Shown: positions 7,187 through 16,892 of the stretch, one piece after another
How the letters are laid out: each line of letters begins with the position of its first letter
How positions within the stretch are numbered: position 1 is the first letter of the stretch
Assembly (NCBI GenBank): GCA_964447725.1
Contig: CAYUUB010000001.1
Span: 1-34,282 of the forward strand
Direction: 5' to 3'
DNA from: an uncultured Oscillospiraceae bacterium
GTDB lineage: Bacteria > Bacillota > Clostridia > Christensenellales > CAG-138
Length of the DNA: 34,282 nucleotides
Position numbers and translations under genes: made by a program
The notes under the pieces: model-generated
Told to the model about the DNA's origin: nothing
Database searches by the model: none
What the model saw: the letters and a program-made list of their open reading frames with translations, nothing else

Positions 7187-9998
7187 AGCGCTCGGCGCGC
7201 CGCCGACACTGTCGTCGAAAGATATGGCGATGCATATCCGAATGATGCCGACGACGCTCTTGTCGCCGCAGCAGCGGACACAGTACAGCGGCGAGCTTCT
7301 GAACCCGAAGACGCGACTTTACAACGAGCTGAAAACCTTGCGCTTTCCGCCGCGGCCCGGCGAGGAAGAAACAAACTCGCTCTATAAAAGCGTTTGCAAA
7401 AAAATCACGCATGCCTCGGGTGAGCCAATCCCTTACCGGTTTTTCAAAACGGAATTTCAGCGTTTGCTAAAGGATTGCGGATATACGCAGAATACATCGT
7501 CTGCGGAACTGATCGAAAACACGCTGAATAAGGCCATCGATCAAATCACGGACGTCTGGCGCTTTCAGGGATATGCCGCGCTGTTTTTGCGCATCGCCGA
7601 GAACAGCGAGCAGAGCGACCCCAAAAACGCGCATCGCGCCTGGCTCGTGGCGTTGGAAGCTTATCAGCGGTTCTTTGCCGAAGCCGACGTGAAGGACAGC
7701 TGCGCATACCGCGCCCAGACGGAAAAACAATTTCAGGATAAATGCCGCGAAGCATGGGGCGAGTTTCTGAAAGGGCAACTGGAGGACGTTTATCAGCGCC
7801 TGAAGCGCAATATCAAGCAAAAAAATGCGGACGGCGTCGGTGCCTGCGTACAGATCCTGCAACTCAGTTTGGCAAAAAGCATCGCGCCGGACATATCTGC
7901 GAGCGCCGTAGCGGACAGCTTGCTTCCGTATACTTCGGCGATACGAACGGCGCCGTCTCTTTCAACAGCGGGAAAGATGTACAAAAATTGCCCGAAAGCG
8001 TTGCTGGCGCAGGACGAACACGACGAATGCAAGCGCGCAATGCTCGGCGCGCTCAGCAAGGCGACGGGCCAACTTGCCGAGGGCAACGAGAATATTACGG
8101 AAATCATTCGGTGGGCAAACGCGCTGAAAGCGAAAGAGCTGTATCAAAGGGGCTCGTTGCTGGTGAAAAGCGACGCCAACCTGTTTTTTGAGGCTTGTAC
8201 GGAATTTATCCGAAGCGTGATACAAAACCATAAGCTCGACCGGACGAAAGAGATGGAGCTGCTCGTAACGATCCTTCCAGCCGACTTTTTTATCGCGAAA
8301 TCCGATGGCGACGACCTGAAGCAAAACGACATGCTGGGGTTCGGTGTTTTAATGTGCCTCAAAGACCTGTTGGAAAGGGACGTCTCCGCTTCGATGAAGG
8401 AAAGCACCGCCAAAACGATCGGCGGGCGCGCTTACAGGATGATTGACGAAAGCGTCCCGAAAGGGACGTTCAGGGACAAAACGCTTGGCAAGGTCAATCG
8501 CTATCTGATCATACAACTGCAGAACAGGAATGTTTCGCATTCGGCGTTCAGAGCCTTTATAGACATATTTCCGGACGACTGGCCCATCGATATTCCGGAG
8601 GTTCAAAACTTTGGGAAGCTGAAGGGGGGCGTGATCGGCGACCCGCTCGTTGCACAGGCATTCAAGCTGCTGAAAGAGGCGAACGAAGCGACCGCAGGAA
8701 CGCCCGATCAGGAGAAAAAACTGCGCGCGTTGATCGACTTTGCCTGCGCCAACCCGGGCCTTGATCTGGGGCAGGCTGATATGAACTTTAAAGAACTGGT
8801 GGACCGTGTCCTGACCCAGGCGTTTGTGGGCAGCTTTAACGCCTACATGAACGTGGACCTTTCTTTTGACAAAAACGATCCGGACATTATGGCGAATCTG
8901 CAGAACGCTATTTCCAAGCGGAGCCAGGCGAGCAGCGTTATAAAGCTTTGCGGCAGCTTTCTTCCGGCGAAGACAAAATTACCGGCGGAAGCGAGCAAGA
9001 AGCCGACGACGGATTCGCTTATGGAAAAAATCAGCGTCAAAAAGGACGATGCGTTTGTTAAGCGGCGGAAACAATACGATCGCAGCCGCGCTAAGAAGAC
9101 GACGACCAAGCCTACGCCTACGCCACCGCCCCCCCCGACGCCTCCGACGCCGAAAATCAAACCAAAGCATACAAAGATCAACGGCCTCCGCTTCCGCGGA
9201 GGGAGCGTCGCGGCCGCCATACAGTATTTTATCTGGATGCTGGTCCTTCCGATGCTTGGCGCTTACCTGATTCTCCGAATGCCGATACATTCGTACGATA
9301 CGATGATGATGCGTTTTCTCCTGTTCAGGGCGGAGCTTTACGTATGGGCAGCGCTGCTGATCAACGGCATTTTCGGGTTGATGGCCAACAGCAAGAACGG
9401 GAGAGTGTCCGGGTTCGGAAAGACGATGCGGGTCTTTGTCTGGATGGCGGCGGTGCTGATGACGCTGGTGTACGCCCCGCTTCATCTATGGAAGGCAAGC
9501 ATTTTCGCACGCGTACTTGTGGGGATCTGGGCGCTTATATTGCTCATCGTTATGAACAAACAGATCGACAAGAACGCGTATTACCCCGACAACATCATCA
9601 CAATCGATGGAATTAAGTATCACGGCGGCGGGATCGCGGTGTTCTTCAAGTTCCTCATCATGCAGATGATCGTGCCGTGCATCGTCGCGTCGCTGATCTT
9701 CATTTTCGACTGGCAGCTTTCGCCCGGCTGGATATTTGGGTTTAAACTCATCGGCCTGGCGATTGCGCTCAGCATCCTGCGCGTGTTCTTCACCTGCCTT
9801 GCCGAGGCGAGAAGCGTAAAACGGTTCGCCGCGTTTATGGCCGTAGAGATTTACATGCTGGTTCTGCCGATATGCGGCTGGTATGCGATAACCTATTTTG
9901 ACGCGCTGCCGTTGAAATGGTGGATGATCGTATTATACTCGGTCTACGGGCTCTTCTTCCTGATCGGAACGATTGCGGCGGCCCGGATGAAGGACTGA
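7173..9998 (+). CDS. Large membrane-anchored protein: N-terminal J-like (HPD-less) motif, ~600-aa helical domain, Pro/Thr linker, 8 predicted TM helices (2x4 internal duplication)
   Basis: SD AAGGGGGA precedes ATG 7173, which overlaps the upstream gene by 14 nt. The N-terminus NLYEALGAPPTLSSKDMAMHIR...ELLNPKTRLYNEL resembles J-domain helices I-II and IV, but no HPD is present. Linker: PTPTPPPPPTPPTPK. The hydrophobic C-terminal 270 aa contain two homologous halves, starting INGLRFRGGSVA (nt 9177) and IDGIKYHGGGIA (nt 9603). Confidence 0.75.
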   Translation: MNLYEALGAPPTLSSKDMAMHIRMMPTTLLSPQQRTQYSGELLNPKTRLYNELKTLRFPPRPGEEETNSLYKSVCKKITHASGEPIPYRFFKTEFQRLLKDCGYTQNTSSAELIENTLNKAIDQITDVWRFQGYAALFLRIAENSEQSDPKNAHRAWLVALEAYQRFFAEADVKDSCAYRAQTEKQFQDKCREAWGEFLKGQLEDVYQRLKRNIKQKNADGVGACVQILQLSLAKSIAPDISASAVADSLLPYTSAIRTAPSLSTAGKMYKNCPKALLAQDEHDECKRAMLGALSKATGQLAEGNENITEIIRWANALKAKELYQRGSLLVKSDANLFFEACTEFIRSVIQNHKLDRTKEMELLVTILPADFFIAKSDGDDLKQNDMLGFGVLMCLKDLLERDVSASMKESTAKTIGGRAYRMIDESVPKGTFRDKTLGKVNRYLIIQLQNRNVSHSAFRAFIDIFPDDWPIDIPEVQNFGKLKGGVIGDPLVAQAFKLLKEANEATAGTPDQEKKLRALIDFACANPGLDLGQADMNFKELVDRVLTQAFVGSFNAYMNVDLSFDKNDPDIMANLQNAISKRSQASSVIKLCGSFLPAKTKLPAEASKKPTTDSLMEKISVKKDDAFVKRRKQYDRSRAKKTTTKPTPTPPPPPTPPTPKIKPKHTKINGLRFRGGSVAAAIQYFIWMLVLPMLGAYLILRMPIHSYDTMMMRFLLFRAELYVWAALLINGIFGLMANSKNGRVSGFGKTMRVFVWMAAVLMTLVYAPLHLWKASIFARVLVGIWALILLIVMNKQIDKNAYYPDNIITIDGIKYHGGGIAVFFKFLIMQMIVPCIVASLIFIFDWQLSPGWIFGFKLIGLAIALSILRVFFTCLAEARSVKRFAAFMAVEIYMLVLPICGWYAITYFDALPLKWWMIVLYSVYGLFFLIGTIAAARMKD

Positions 9999-10001
9999 AC
10001 G

Positions 10002-13000
10002 ATGGAACCTTTCGCACGAGAAACCGCGCTTTTAGGCGTATATCGGGTTCTGGACGGGCCGATCAGCGGCGCGATGGGCCGTGTGTTTCGCGTGCGGCAT
10101 CTTGAATGGGACGTCGACCTTGCGATGAAACAGCCGAACGAGCGGGCGCTTGCGATAGCGGCTTACAGAAGCTGCTTTACGCACGAATGCGAGGCTTGGA
10201 TCGATCTGGGCCTTCACGAGCACATCGTGTCGTGCTACTACGTGCGCGAAATCGACGGCGTGCCGTCGATTTTCGCGGAATGGATGGACGGCGGCAGCTT
10301 ACGTTCGAAGATAGCGGACGGTTTTTTCCGGCAGGACGATGAAGGCGCGGCGCTTTCGCGTATCCTCGACGTGGCGATCCAAACGTCCCGCGGGCTTGGC
10401 TATGCGCACGAATGCGGATTGATCCACCAGGACGTAAAGCCGGACAACATCCTGCTTTCGTCGGACGGGACCGTTAAAGTGACGGATTTTGGCATCTCCG
10501 GCATCTGCTGCCAGACGGAGGGCGGCGCCGCGGCCGCAGGAACGGCAGGCGGGCCGAACGCCCTGCGCTGCCAAAGCGCGCCGGGAACGCCCGCGTACTG
10601 TTCGCCGGAGCAGAAACGCGGCGGGACGGCCACGATTTGGACGGACCTCTGGAGCTTTGCCGTCATGCTGCTGGAGATGCTCCTAAACGACCGCCCGTGG
10701 CGGGACGGAGAGGTTGCGGGGCTCTGCTGCGAAAAGTATCTGGCAAAAATCGGTGATTTTGCACCGGAAAAATTGAAAACGCTTCTGCGGAGATGCTTTT
10801 CGCAAGAAGAAGCACGGCGGCCGCAGGGATTCGGGGAAGTCGAACGCATACTTTGCAACGTCTATTTCGAGCGGACCGGGCGCGCGTATCCGCGCGCGCT
10901 TCCCGACAACCCCGCGGCGAGCGCGGGCGCGCTCAATAATCGGGCGCTGAGCTTTCTCGACCTCGACAAACCCGAACAGGCGGAGGCGCTCTGGAAGTCC
11001 GCATTGCAGGCGTACCCGGGGCACATGCCCTCCGTATTCAATCAAACCGTATATCATTGGCGCTTGGCGAAAATCGACGATCTGGAAGCGATGCGCAGCA
11101 TTCAGAATTGTTTCAATGGCGATCCGTGCGCCGAAACCGCGGAACTGTTCGCGCGGTTTTTGAGCGAGCGGGAGACGACGCGGCCGGTCCGGCAGCTGGC
11201 GGACCGCTTCGGGAGCTCGGTTGCTTCCCGCGGCGCGCTCGCCCGGGAGACGAGCGAAGACGCCTGCGTACGCCTCTGCGCAAAAAGCGCGCGCGCAATC
11301 GCCGCCGGCGAGGACAGGTTGTGCGCGATTGCGTTTGAGGACCGTTCGCTCGAAATCTGGAATACGGAAACGCGCATGTGCACGGCGACTTTGGAACGGC
11401 ACGGCGAAAAGATAAACGCGCTCGATTTCGATTCGCGTGCGGGGATTGTTGCCGCCGCGTGCGAGGACCGTTCTTTACGGCTTTATGGGACGAACGGAAC
11501 GATGATCCGACGGCTTTCGTTTACCGAAGGCGCCGTAAAACGCGTTCGTTTGTTCAGCGGGACGAACAGCGCGCTTCTGCTGCTCTGTAGAACGGAAGAC
11601 GGGCGGGCCAAACGCTATGTCATGCGCGTCGATCTGGAAAGCGGCGCGTGGCGGAACAAAATAAAAGCCCCGCAGTTCGGCCATGCCGGATTTTGCGCGC
11701 TGGGAGACGGGCGGCGTTTCGTTACGGACACGGGAGGCAGGCTTTTCCTTTGGGATATTGAGACGGCCGAATGTTTACGCACATTTTCGCTCCAAACGGG
11801 CGGCGTGTCCTGCGCCGCGGCCGACGCGGCGCAGGAACGGCTGCTCGTCGGAACGGACGAAGGGGACGCACGGGTGTTTTCGATAAAGGACGGAAGCTGC
11901 GTGCTGCGGCTTAACGGGCACACGGGCGCCGTCACCGCGGCTGCGTTTCACCCGGACGGCAAACAGGCGATGACCGCGGGACAGGACGAGACCGTTCGCG
12001 TCTGGGATTTGTCGACGGGGCGCTGCCTGCGCTCGTTCACCGCGCATCGGTCGCCCGTAAACTGCGCGTGTTATTGCAGCGGCGGGCGGGCCATCCTGTC
12101 CTCGGGATGGGACAACGCCGTTTTGATGCAGTTTGTACCGGTGTTTTCCTATCGCGCCGACTGGCAGCTTTGCCGGATCGTCCCGCTGGCGGGCCAGCGG
12201 GCTCTGCGCGATACGTTCGACCGCTTTCTGGACGATGCCGCGCGCGCGGCCGAGGCGGGCGAGACGGCCCGCGCCCTTTCGCTTCTCTATGCGGCGGGCG
12301 ACCTCCAGGGATTCGCGCAGGACCCGGCATATCTGGAGAGAAACGCGGCGCTCGGCGCCCGGCTTCCGATCGGCGGCGTAAGGTTCGCCTGGACGAGGCG
12401 CGTATTAGCGAATGAAGGGCCGCTGCGGGCGGCGGCGTTCCTGTGCGGCGATACGCGCGTTCTTACCGCGTCGGGAGCCGGCTTGCTGCAGGTTTGGGAC
12501 ATGGAAAACGGAGCCTGCGTCCGCAAGGCGGGATTGCCCGGACCGGCGAAAAGCGTGGCGGTCGCCGAAGGCATGATTGCAATCGGAACCGCCGACGGCA
12601 CGGTGCGATTGCTGCGGCCGGACGACCTGTCGGAAATTTGCGTTTTCAGCGGCCATACCGGGCCGGTGAACGCCGTTTGCATCAGCCAAACCCGGACGGT
12701 ATTGACGGCGTCCTGGGACCACACGCTGCGTGTGTTCGAAGCAAATGGAGACTGCCGGTTCGCGTTGAACGGGCATACGTCCAGCGTTTCCGCCGCCGCG
12801 CTTTCGCCGGACGGCGCGCTTGCCCTTTCCGGCGGGTGGGACAATACCGTTCGCATCTGGGATGCGGAAACGGGGCGGTGCCTGCGCGCGCTGACGCATC
12901 ACAAAACCAGCGTGAGCGCTGTTGCGCTGTCGCCCGACGGTTTGATCGGCGCGTCGGGGGACTGGGACGGCGAAATCGTGTTATTCGACCTGAAAACCGG

Positions 13001-13271
13001 GCAAATGCGCGCCCGGCTAACAGGTGCTTCCGGTTCCGTTACCGGAATATGCTTCACGCGGGACGGCAGGTTTGTCGCTTCCTGTGGGACGGACGGGCTC
13101 GTTCGCTTCCGGCGCGTATCCGACGGCGCGGTGGAGACGGTGCTCGCGGGTCACACGGGCGCGGTCAACGCCCTTGACTTCACGCGGGACAGCCGATTTG
13201 CCGTAACCGCGGGAGAGGACGGCACCGTCCGGCTGATACAAGTCGATTACAGGTACGATGCCGACGACTGA
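10002..13271 (+). CDS. Hanks-type Ser/Thr kinase fused to TPR-like linker and a long WD40 array (probably two beta-propellers)
   Basis: ATG 10002 lies 3 nt after the upstream stop. Kinase motifs: LAMK, HQDVKPDNILL, DFG, TPAYCSPE. From ~nt 11320 there are repeated WD40 signatures, for example GHTGAVTAAAFHPDGKQAMTAGQDETVRVWD, GHTSSVSAAALSPDGALALSGGWDNTVRIWD, HHKTSVSAVALSPDGLIGASGDWDGEIVLFD and GHTGAVNALDFTRDSRFAVTAGEDGTVRL. Confidence 0.9.
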   Translation: MEPFARETALLGVYRVLDGPISGAMGRVFRVRHLEWDVDLAMKQPNERALAIAAYRSCFTHECEAWIDLGLHEHIVSCYYVREIDGVPSIFAEWMDGGSLRSKIADGFFRQDDEGAALSRILDVAIQTSRGLGYAHECGLIHQDVKPDNILLSSDGTVKVTDFGISGICCQTEGGAAAAGTAGGPNALRCQSAPGTPAYCSPEQKRGGTATIWTDLWSFAVMLLEMLLNDRPWRDGEVAGLCCEKYLAKIGDFAPEKLKTLLRRCFSQEEARRPQGFGEVERILCNVYFERTGRAYPRALPDNPAASAGALNNRALSFLDLDKPEQAEALWKSALQAYPGHMPSVFNQTVYHWRLAKIDDLEAMRSIQNCFNGDPCAETAELFARFLSERETTRPVRQLADRFGSSVASRGALARETSEDACVRLCAKSARAIAAGEDRLCAIAFEDRSLEIWNTETRMCTATLERHGEKINALDFDSRAGIVAAACEDRSLRLYGTNGTMIRRLSFTEGAVKRVRLFSGTNSALLLLCRTEDGRAKRYVMRVDLESGAWRNKIKAPQFGHAGFCALGDGRRFVTDTGGRLFLWDIETAECLRTFSLQTGGVSCAAADAAQERLLVGTDEGDARVFSIKDGSCVLRLNGHTGAVTAAAFHPDGKQAMTAGQDETVRVWDLSTGRCLRSFTAHRSPVNCACYCSGGRAILSSGWDNAVLMQFVPVFSYRADWQLCRIVPLAGQRALRDTFDRFLDDAARAAEAGETARALSLLYAAGDLQGFAQDPAYLERNAALGARLPIGGVRFAWTRRVLANEGPLRAAAFLCGDTRVLTASGAGLLQVWDMENGACVRKAGLPGPAKSVAVAEGMIAIGTADGTVRLLRPDDLSEICVFSGHTGPVNAVCISQTRTVLTASWDHTLRVFEANGDCRFALNGHTSSVSAAALSPDGALALSGGWDNTVRIWDAETGRCLRALTHHKTSVSAVALSPDGLIGASGDWDGEIVLFDLKTGQMRARLTGASGSVTGICFTRDGRFVASCGTDGLVRFRRVSDGAVETVLAGHTGAVNALDFTRDSRFAVTAGEDGTVRLIQVDYRYDADD

Positions 13272-13321
13272 GTTGAACCAAAGCGGCGGCAAGCCGGACG
13301 GCTTGCGGAAGGAGGAAAGCT

Positions 13322-16300
13322 GTGGAACTGAACCTTGCGATGCAGTTTGTGATGCTGCGGGCATATGAGGAAGCGAAAGCATTCAGCAAAGGAGAACTGG
13401 GCACGGAGCATCTTTTTTTGGGACTGCTGAAGCTTGCCGAATTGAAGTGCGCGGATTTTGCGCCGTCATACAAGAACCAAACGACGGTCGACGCAGATAT
13501 CCGGCAGGTTGCGGAGGAGCTGCAAAAAAGAGGCGTTCAAACTTCGGCGGGACGGCAGCAATTACGCCGGATATTGAGAAACGAACCTCTTTCGCCGTCG
13601 GCGCAGGAGCAGTTAAACCTGGTTTTGGGCAGCGCGATGTATCATGCCCAACAGGACGGACAGGCGGAAATCACGTCATACGGCGTGCTTGGCGCGATCC
13701 TGCGGCATCCCACGCCGATGCTGAAGAACCTGTTAAGCGGCGACGCGCAAAAGACCGAAGCGGAAGCCGGGCCGGAGGAGCAGGAAACGCCGCCGGAAGA
13801 ACCGGAAGAAACGGGGATCGCCTACCTGCCCAGGCTGAACGAGCGAATCCGCGAAATGCGGTACCGGCTGCTGGAGCGCGTGTACGGGCAGGACCACGCG
13901 GTCCACGCGCTGGCCGAAGGGATGTTTTCCGCGGAAGTACTCGCCGCCGCGGACGAAAACCGCAAACAGCCGCGCGCCGTGTTTGCGTTTGTCGGACCGC
14001 CGGGCGTTGGCAAAACCTATCTGGCGGAGCAGGCGGCCGACGCGCTGAAACTGCCGTTCAAGCGGTTTGATATGAGCGGCTATGCCGATCATCAGGCACA
14101 TATCAACCTCATCGGATTCGCGCCCAGCTATAAGGACGCAAAGCCGGGGCTGCTGACGGAGTTTGTGCGGAAGCACCCGCATTCGATCCTGCTGTTCGAC
14201 GAAATCGAAAAGGCGCACCTGAATACGATTCAGCTGTTCCTCCAGATTCTGGACGCCGGTCGTCTTCACGACGATTTTCTGGACGAGGACGTTCCGTTTA
14301 AAGACACTTTGATTATCTTTACCACCAATGCGGGCAGTTCGCTGTACGATAACCTGCACGGCGGCGCGGGCGTTTCGAGGCAGACCATCCTCAACACGCT
14401 GGAGACGGAGATGAATCCGCAGACGCACAAGCCGTATTTTCCGCCGGCGATCTGTTCGCGCCTGGCGACCGGCTGGCCGCTGCTGTTCAACCGGCTTTCC
14501 GCGCACGACCTCGAGCGGATATGCGAAAAGGAAGTGGCGCGCTTTAGCCAGATGTTTGAAAAGCAATATGGCATTCGCGTCGACACGGACCAGCTTTTAC
14601 CGGCGACGCTGCTGTTTGCGGAAGGTGGACTCGCCGACGCACGGACCGTGCGCGCGCAGACGGAATTGTTCTGCAAAAACGAGTTGTTCAAGCTCTGCGG
14701 GCTATGGGGCGAAAGCAGTTTTGAAAAAGCGCTGGAGAATCTGACGGCGATCCATTTCCAGGTGGAAACGAACGAGCTCGAAGACCGGGTGCGCGCGCTC
14801 TACGTTAACCCGGAGAAACCGGAGATACTATTGTTCGGGAACGCGGGTTTTGCCGAACGCTGCCGGGCGATGCTGCCGGATTGCATCATTTACGACACGC
14901 TGGACATGGCGCGGGCGTATTCGATTTTCGGCGAGCATGAGATCCAGTTCGTTTTGCTCGACCTTGCCAGAGAGGCGGAGAACGCGCCGGACGACGATCC
15001 GCTGGCGACGCGTCTTTCGCTGGACGACGTGCCGCAGGGGACCGTGGCGTCGTTCGAAAACGTACCGATCGCCGCGGCGTCCATCAGGGACGAATATGCG
15101 TTCCTGAAGAACGTGCGGGAGCGCATGCCGGACCTGCCGATTTATCTGCTGGAATCCAGCGGGTTCCGCATCGACAACGAGCTGATGGCGGCGTTCGTGC
15201 GCTCCGGCGCGCGTGGTAAGCTACTGAAACCGGAAGGCGATTTCGGCGTATTTGCTGAAGAACTGCTGCGTATCGCCGCCCAAGTGTATTTGCAAAGCGC
15301 CGCGCAGTCGCTGCACGCGGAGCGGAAAATACTGACCTTCGAAACGGCTCCGATTCTAAGTCCCGACAAGCATGTGGCGACGATCCGCCTGCGCGATCTT
15401 TCGCTGCGCCGCGAAATGTCCGCGGAAGACAGCGGCGGGGTGCTTGAAGAGACGGAGCGTCCCGACGTTCGTTTCTCGGACGTGATCGGCGCCGACGATG
15501 CAAAGGACGAGTTGGCGTTTTTCGTGCAGTATCTGCAATCGCCCAAGAAGTTTTTAGCGCAGGGGCTGCGTCCGCCCAAAGGTGTGCTCCTTTATGGACC
15601 TCCGGGCACCGGAAAGACGCTGCTGGCGCGCGCGATGGCAGGGGAGTCCAACGTGGCGTTCCTCTCGGTCGCCGCAAGCGCCTTTACGACGAAATATCAG
15701 GGGAGCGGGCCGGAGTCCGTACGCGAGCTGTTCCGGCGCGCCCGCCGCTATGCGCCGTCCATCGTGTTTATCGACGAGATCGACGCTGTCGGCCGGCTGC
15801 GCGGCGCAGGCAACACGGGGCACGGCGAGGAGATGGCGCTGACGGCGCTGCTGACGGAGATGGACGGCTTTTCCGTTGACCCGCGAAGGCCGGTTTTTGT
15901 GCTGGCGGCGACAAATTTCGGCGTGGACGGCGAGAATGGCTCTGCGGGCGTAATCGATCCTGCGCTTACGCGCCGGTTCGACCGCAAAATCCTCGTGGAC
16001 ATGCCGACGCGCGACAACCGGAAGGCATATCTGGAACGCATGCTGGGCAAGCGCAGGGACAGCGCGGTTACGCCGGGCCTGATCGACCGGCTTGCCGGGC
16101 GCACGACGGGGCTGAGCCTTGCCAGCCTGGAATCCGTTATCGAGCTTGCCGCGCGAACCGCCAGCAAGCAGAAAACGGCAATTACGGACGAGCTGCTGGA
16201 AGAAGCGCTTGAACTCAGCCGGCACGGCGAAAAGAAAGACTGGGGCGTCGATTATCTGGAACGCGTCGCGCGGCACGAAGCGGGGCATGCGTATCTTTGC

Positions 16301-16780
16301 TATCTTGCCGGCGAGACGCCGGCCTATCTGACCATCGTCGCGCGCGGCGGACACGGCGGGTACATGGAGCATTCGGACAAGGAACAGACGCCGATCCGAA
16401 CGCGGGACGAACTGCTGGGGAACATTCGCACCGCTCTCGGCGGGCGCGCGGCGGAGCTGGTCTATTACGGACAGGAGGGAGGGCTTTCCACCGGCGCCGC
16501 CGGCGACCTGGAGCATGCGGCGCGCGTTGCGTCCGCAATGCTGCTGCAATACGGCATGGAAGGCAGGCTTGGCCTCGCCGCGCTCAATCACGCGGAGGTT
16601 TTGAAAGGGCCGCTTTCCGAATCGATTGTGGAATATGTGTCGCAACTGCTGGAAGAAGAGCTGAAAAAAACAATCGGGACGGTTGAAGACGGCAGGGCAA
16701 AGATCGACCGTCTGGTGGAAGCGCTTCTCGATAAAAACAAGCTGACGCGCGAAGAGATCGAAGCGATTCTGAAAGCGTAG
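13322..16780 (+). CDS. Soluble chimeric AAA+ protease: Clp_N-like domain + ClpB-D2-like AAA + receiver-like domain + FtsH-like AAA + M41 Zn-metalloprotease
   Basis: SD GGAGG (13311-13315) precedes GTG 13322. Clp_N-like repeats: [25 protein letters not shown] and [16 protein letters not shown]_2 module: GPPGVGKT (13994-14017), [18 protein letters not shown]. Receiver-like segment: 14822-15232. FtsH-like AAA starts at 15467: [63 protein letters not shown]41 motifs: HEAGH (16274-16288) and [16 protein letters not shown]. No TM segment anywhere. Confidence 0.9.
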   Translation: MELNLAMQFVMLRAYEEAKAFSKGELGTEHLFLGLLKLAELKCADFAPSYKNQTTVDADIRQVAEELQKRGVQTSAGRQQLRRILRNEPLSPSAQEQLNLVLGSAMYHAQQDGQAEITSYGVLGAILRHPTPMLKNLLSGDAQKTEAEAGPEEQETPPEEPEETGIAYLPRLNERIREMRYRLLERVYGQDHAVHALAEGMFSAEVLAAADENRKQPRAVFAFVGPPGVGKTYLAEQAADALKLPFKRFDMSGYADHQAHINLIGFAPSYKDAKPGLLTEFVRKHPHSILLFDEIEKAHLNTIQLFLQILDAGRLHDDFLDEDVPFKDTLIIFTTNAGSSLYDNLHGGAGVSRQTILNTLETEMNPQTHKPYFPPAICSRLATGWPLLFNRLSAHDLERICEKEVARFSQMFEKQYGIRVDTDQLLPATLLFAEGGLADARTVRAQTELFCKNELFKLCGLWGESSFEKALENLTAIHFQVETNELEDRVRALYVNPEKPEILLFGNAGFAERCRAMLPDCIIYDTLDMARAYSIFGEHEIQFVLLDLAREAENAPDDDPLATRLSLDDVPQGTVASFENVPIAAASIRDEYAFLKNVRERMPDLPIYLLESSGFRIDNELMAAFVRSGARGKLLKPEGDFGVFAEELLRIAAQVYLQSAAQSLHAERKILTFETAPILSPDKHVATIRLRDLSLRREMSAEDSGGVLEETERPDVRFSDVIGADDAKDELAFFVQYLQSPKKFLAQGLRPPKGVLLYGPPGTGKTLLARAMAGESNVAFLSVAASAFTTKYQGSGPESVRELFRRARRYAPSIVFIDEIDAVGRLRGAGNTGHGEEMALTALLTEMDGFSVDPRRPVFVLAATNFGVDGENGSAGVIDPALTRRFDRKILVDMPTRDNRKAYLERMLGKRRDSAVTPGLIDRLAGRTTGLSLASLESVIELAARTASKQKTAITDELLEEALELSRHGEKKDWGVDYLERVARHEAGHAYLCYLAGETPAYLTIVARGGHGGYMEHSDKEQTPIRTRDELLGNIRTALGGRAAELVYYGQEGGLSTGAAGDLEHAARVASAMLLQYGMEGRLGLAALNHAEVLKGPLSESIVEYVSQLLEEELKKTIGTVEDGRAKIDRLVEALLDKNKLTREEIEAILKA

Positions 16781-16892
16781 CGAACCGGACGGACGAGTTA
16801 AACGGAGGAACGTTTGCATTGTGCGGCGGATACGTATGCCGGACGCCCGGCACGCGTGATAGAATATACGTAAAGAACGGAGGGGATCGAAT

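Noticed and set aside
11320-13271. WD40 region as a DNA-level repeat or recombination hot spot.
   Set aside because: The repetition is visible only at the protein-motif level. By eye, the nucleotide sequences of the blades have diverged, with no long identical stretches.
13290-13305. Small hairpin CAAGCC-GGAC-GGCTTG between the WD40 kinase and protease genes as a terminator.
   Set aside because: It has only a 6-bp stem and no U-tract, and the downstream SD/GTG follows within 6-17 nt. Read-through within the operon is more likely.
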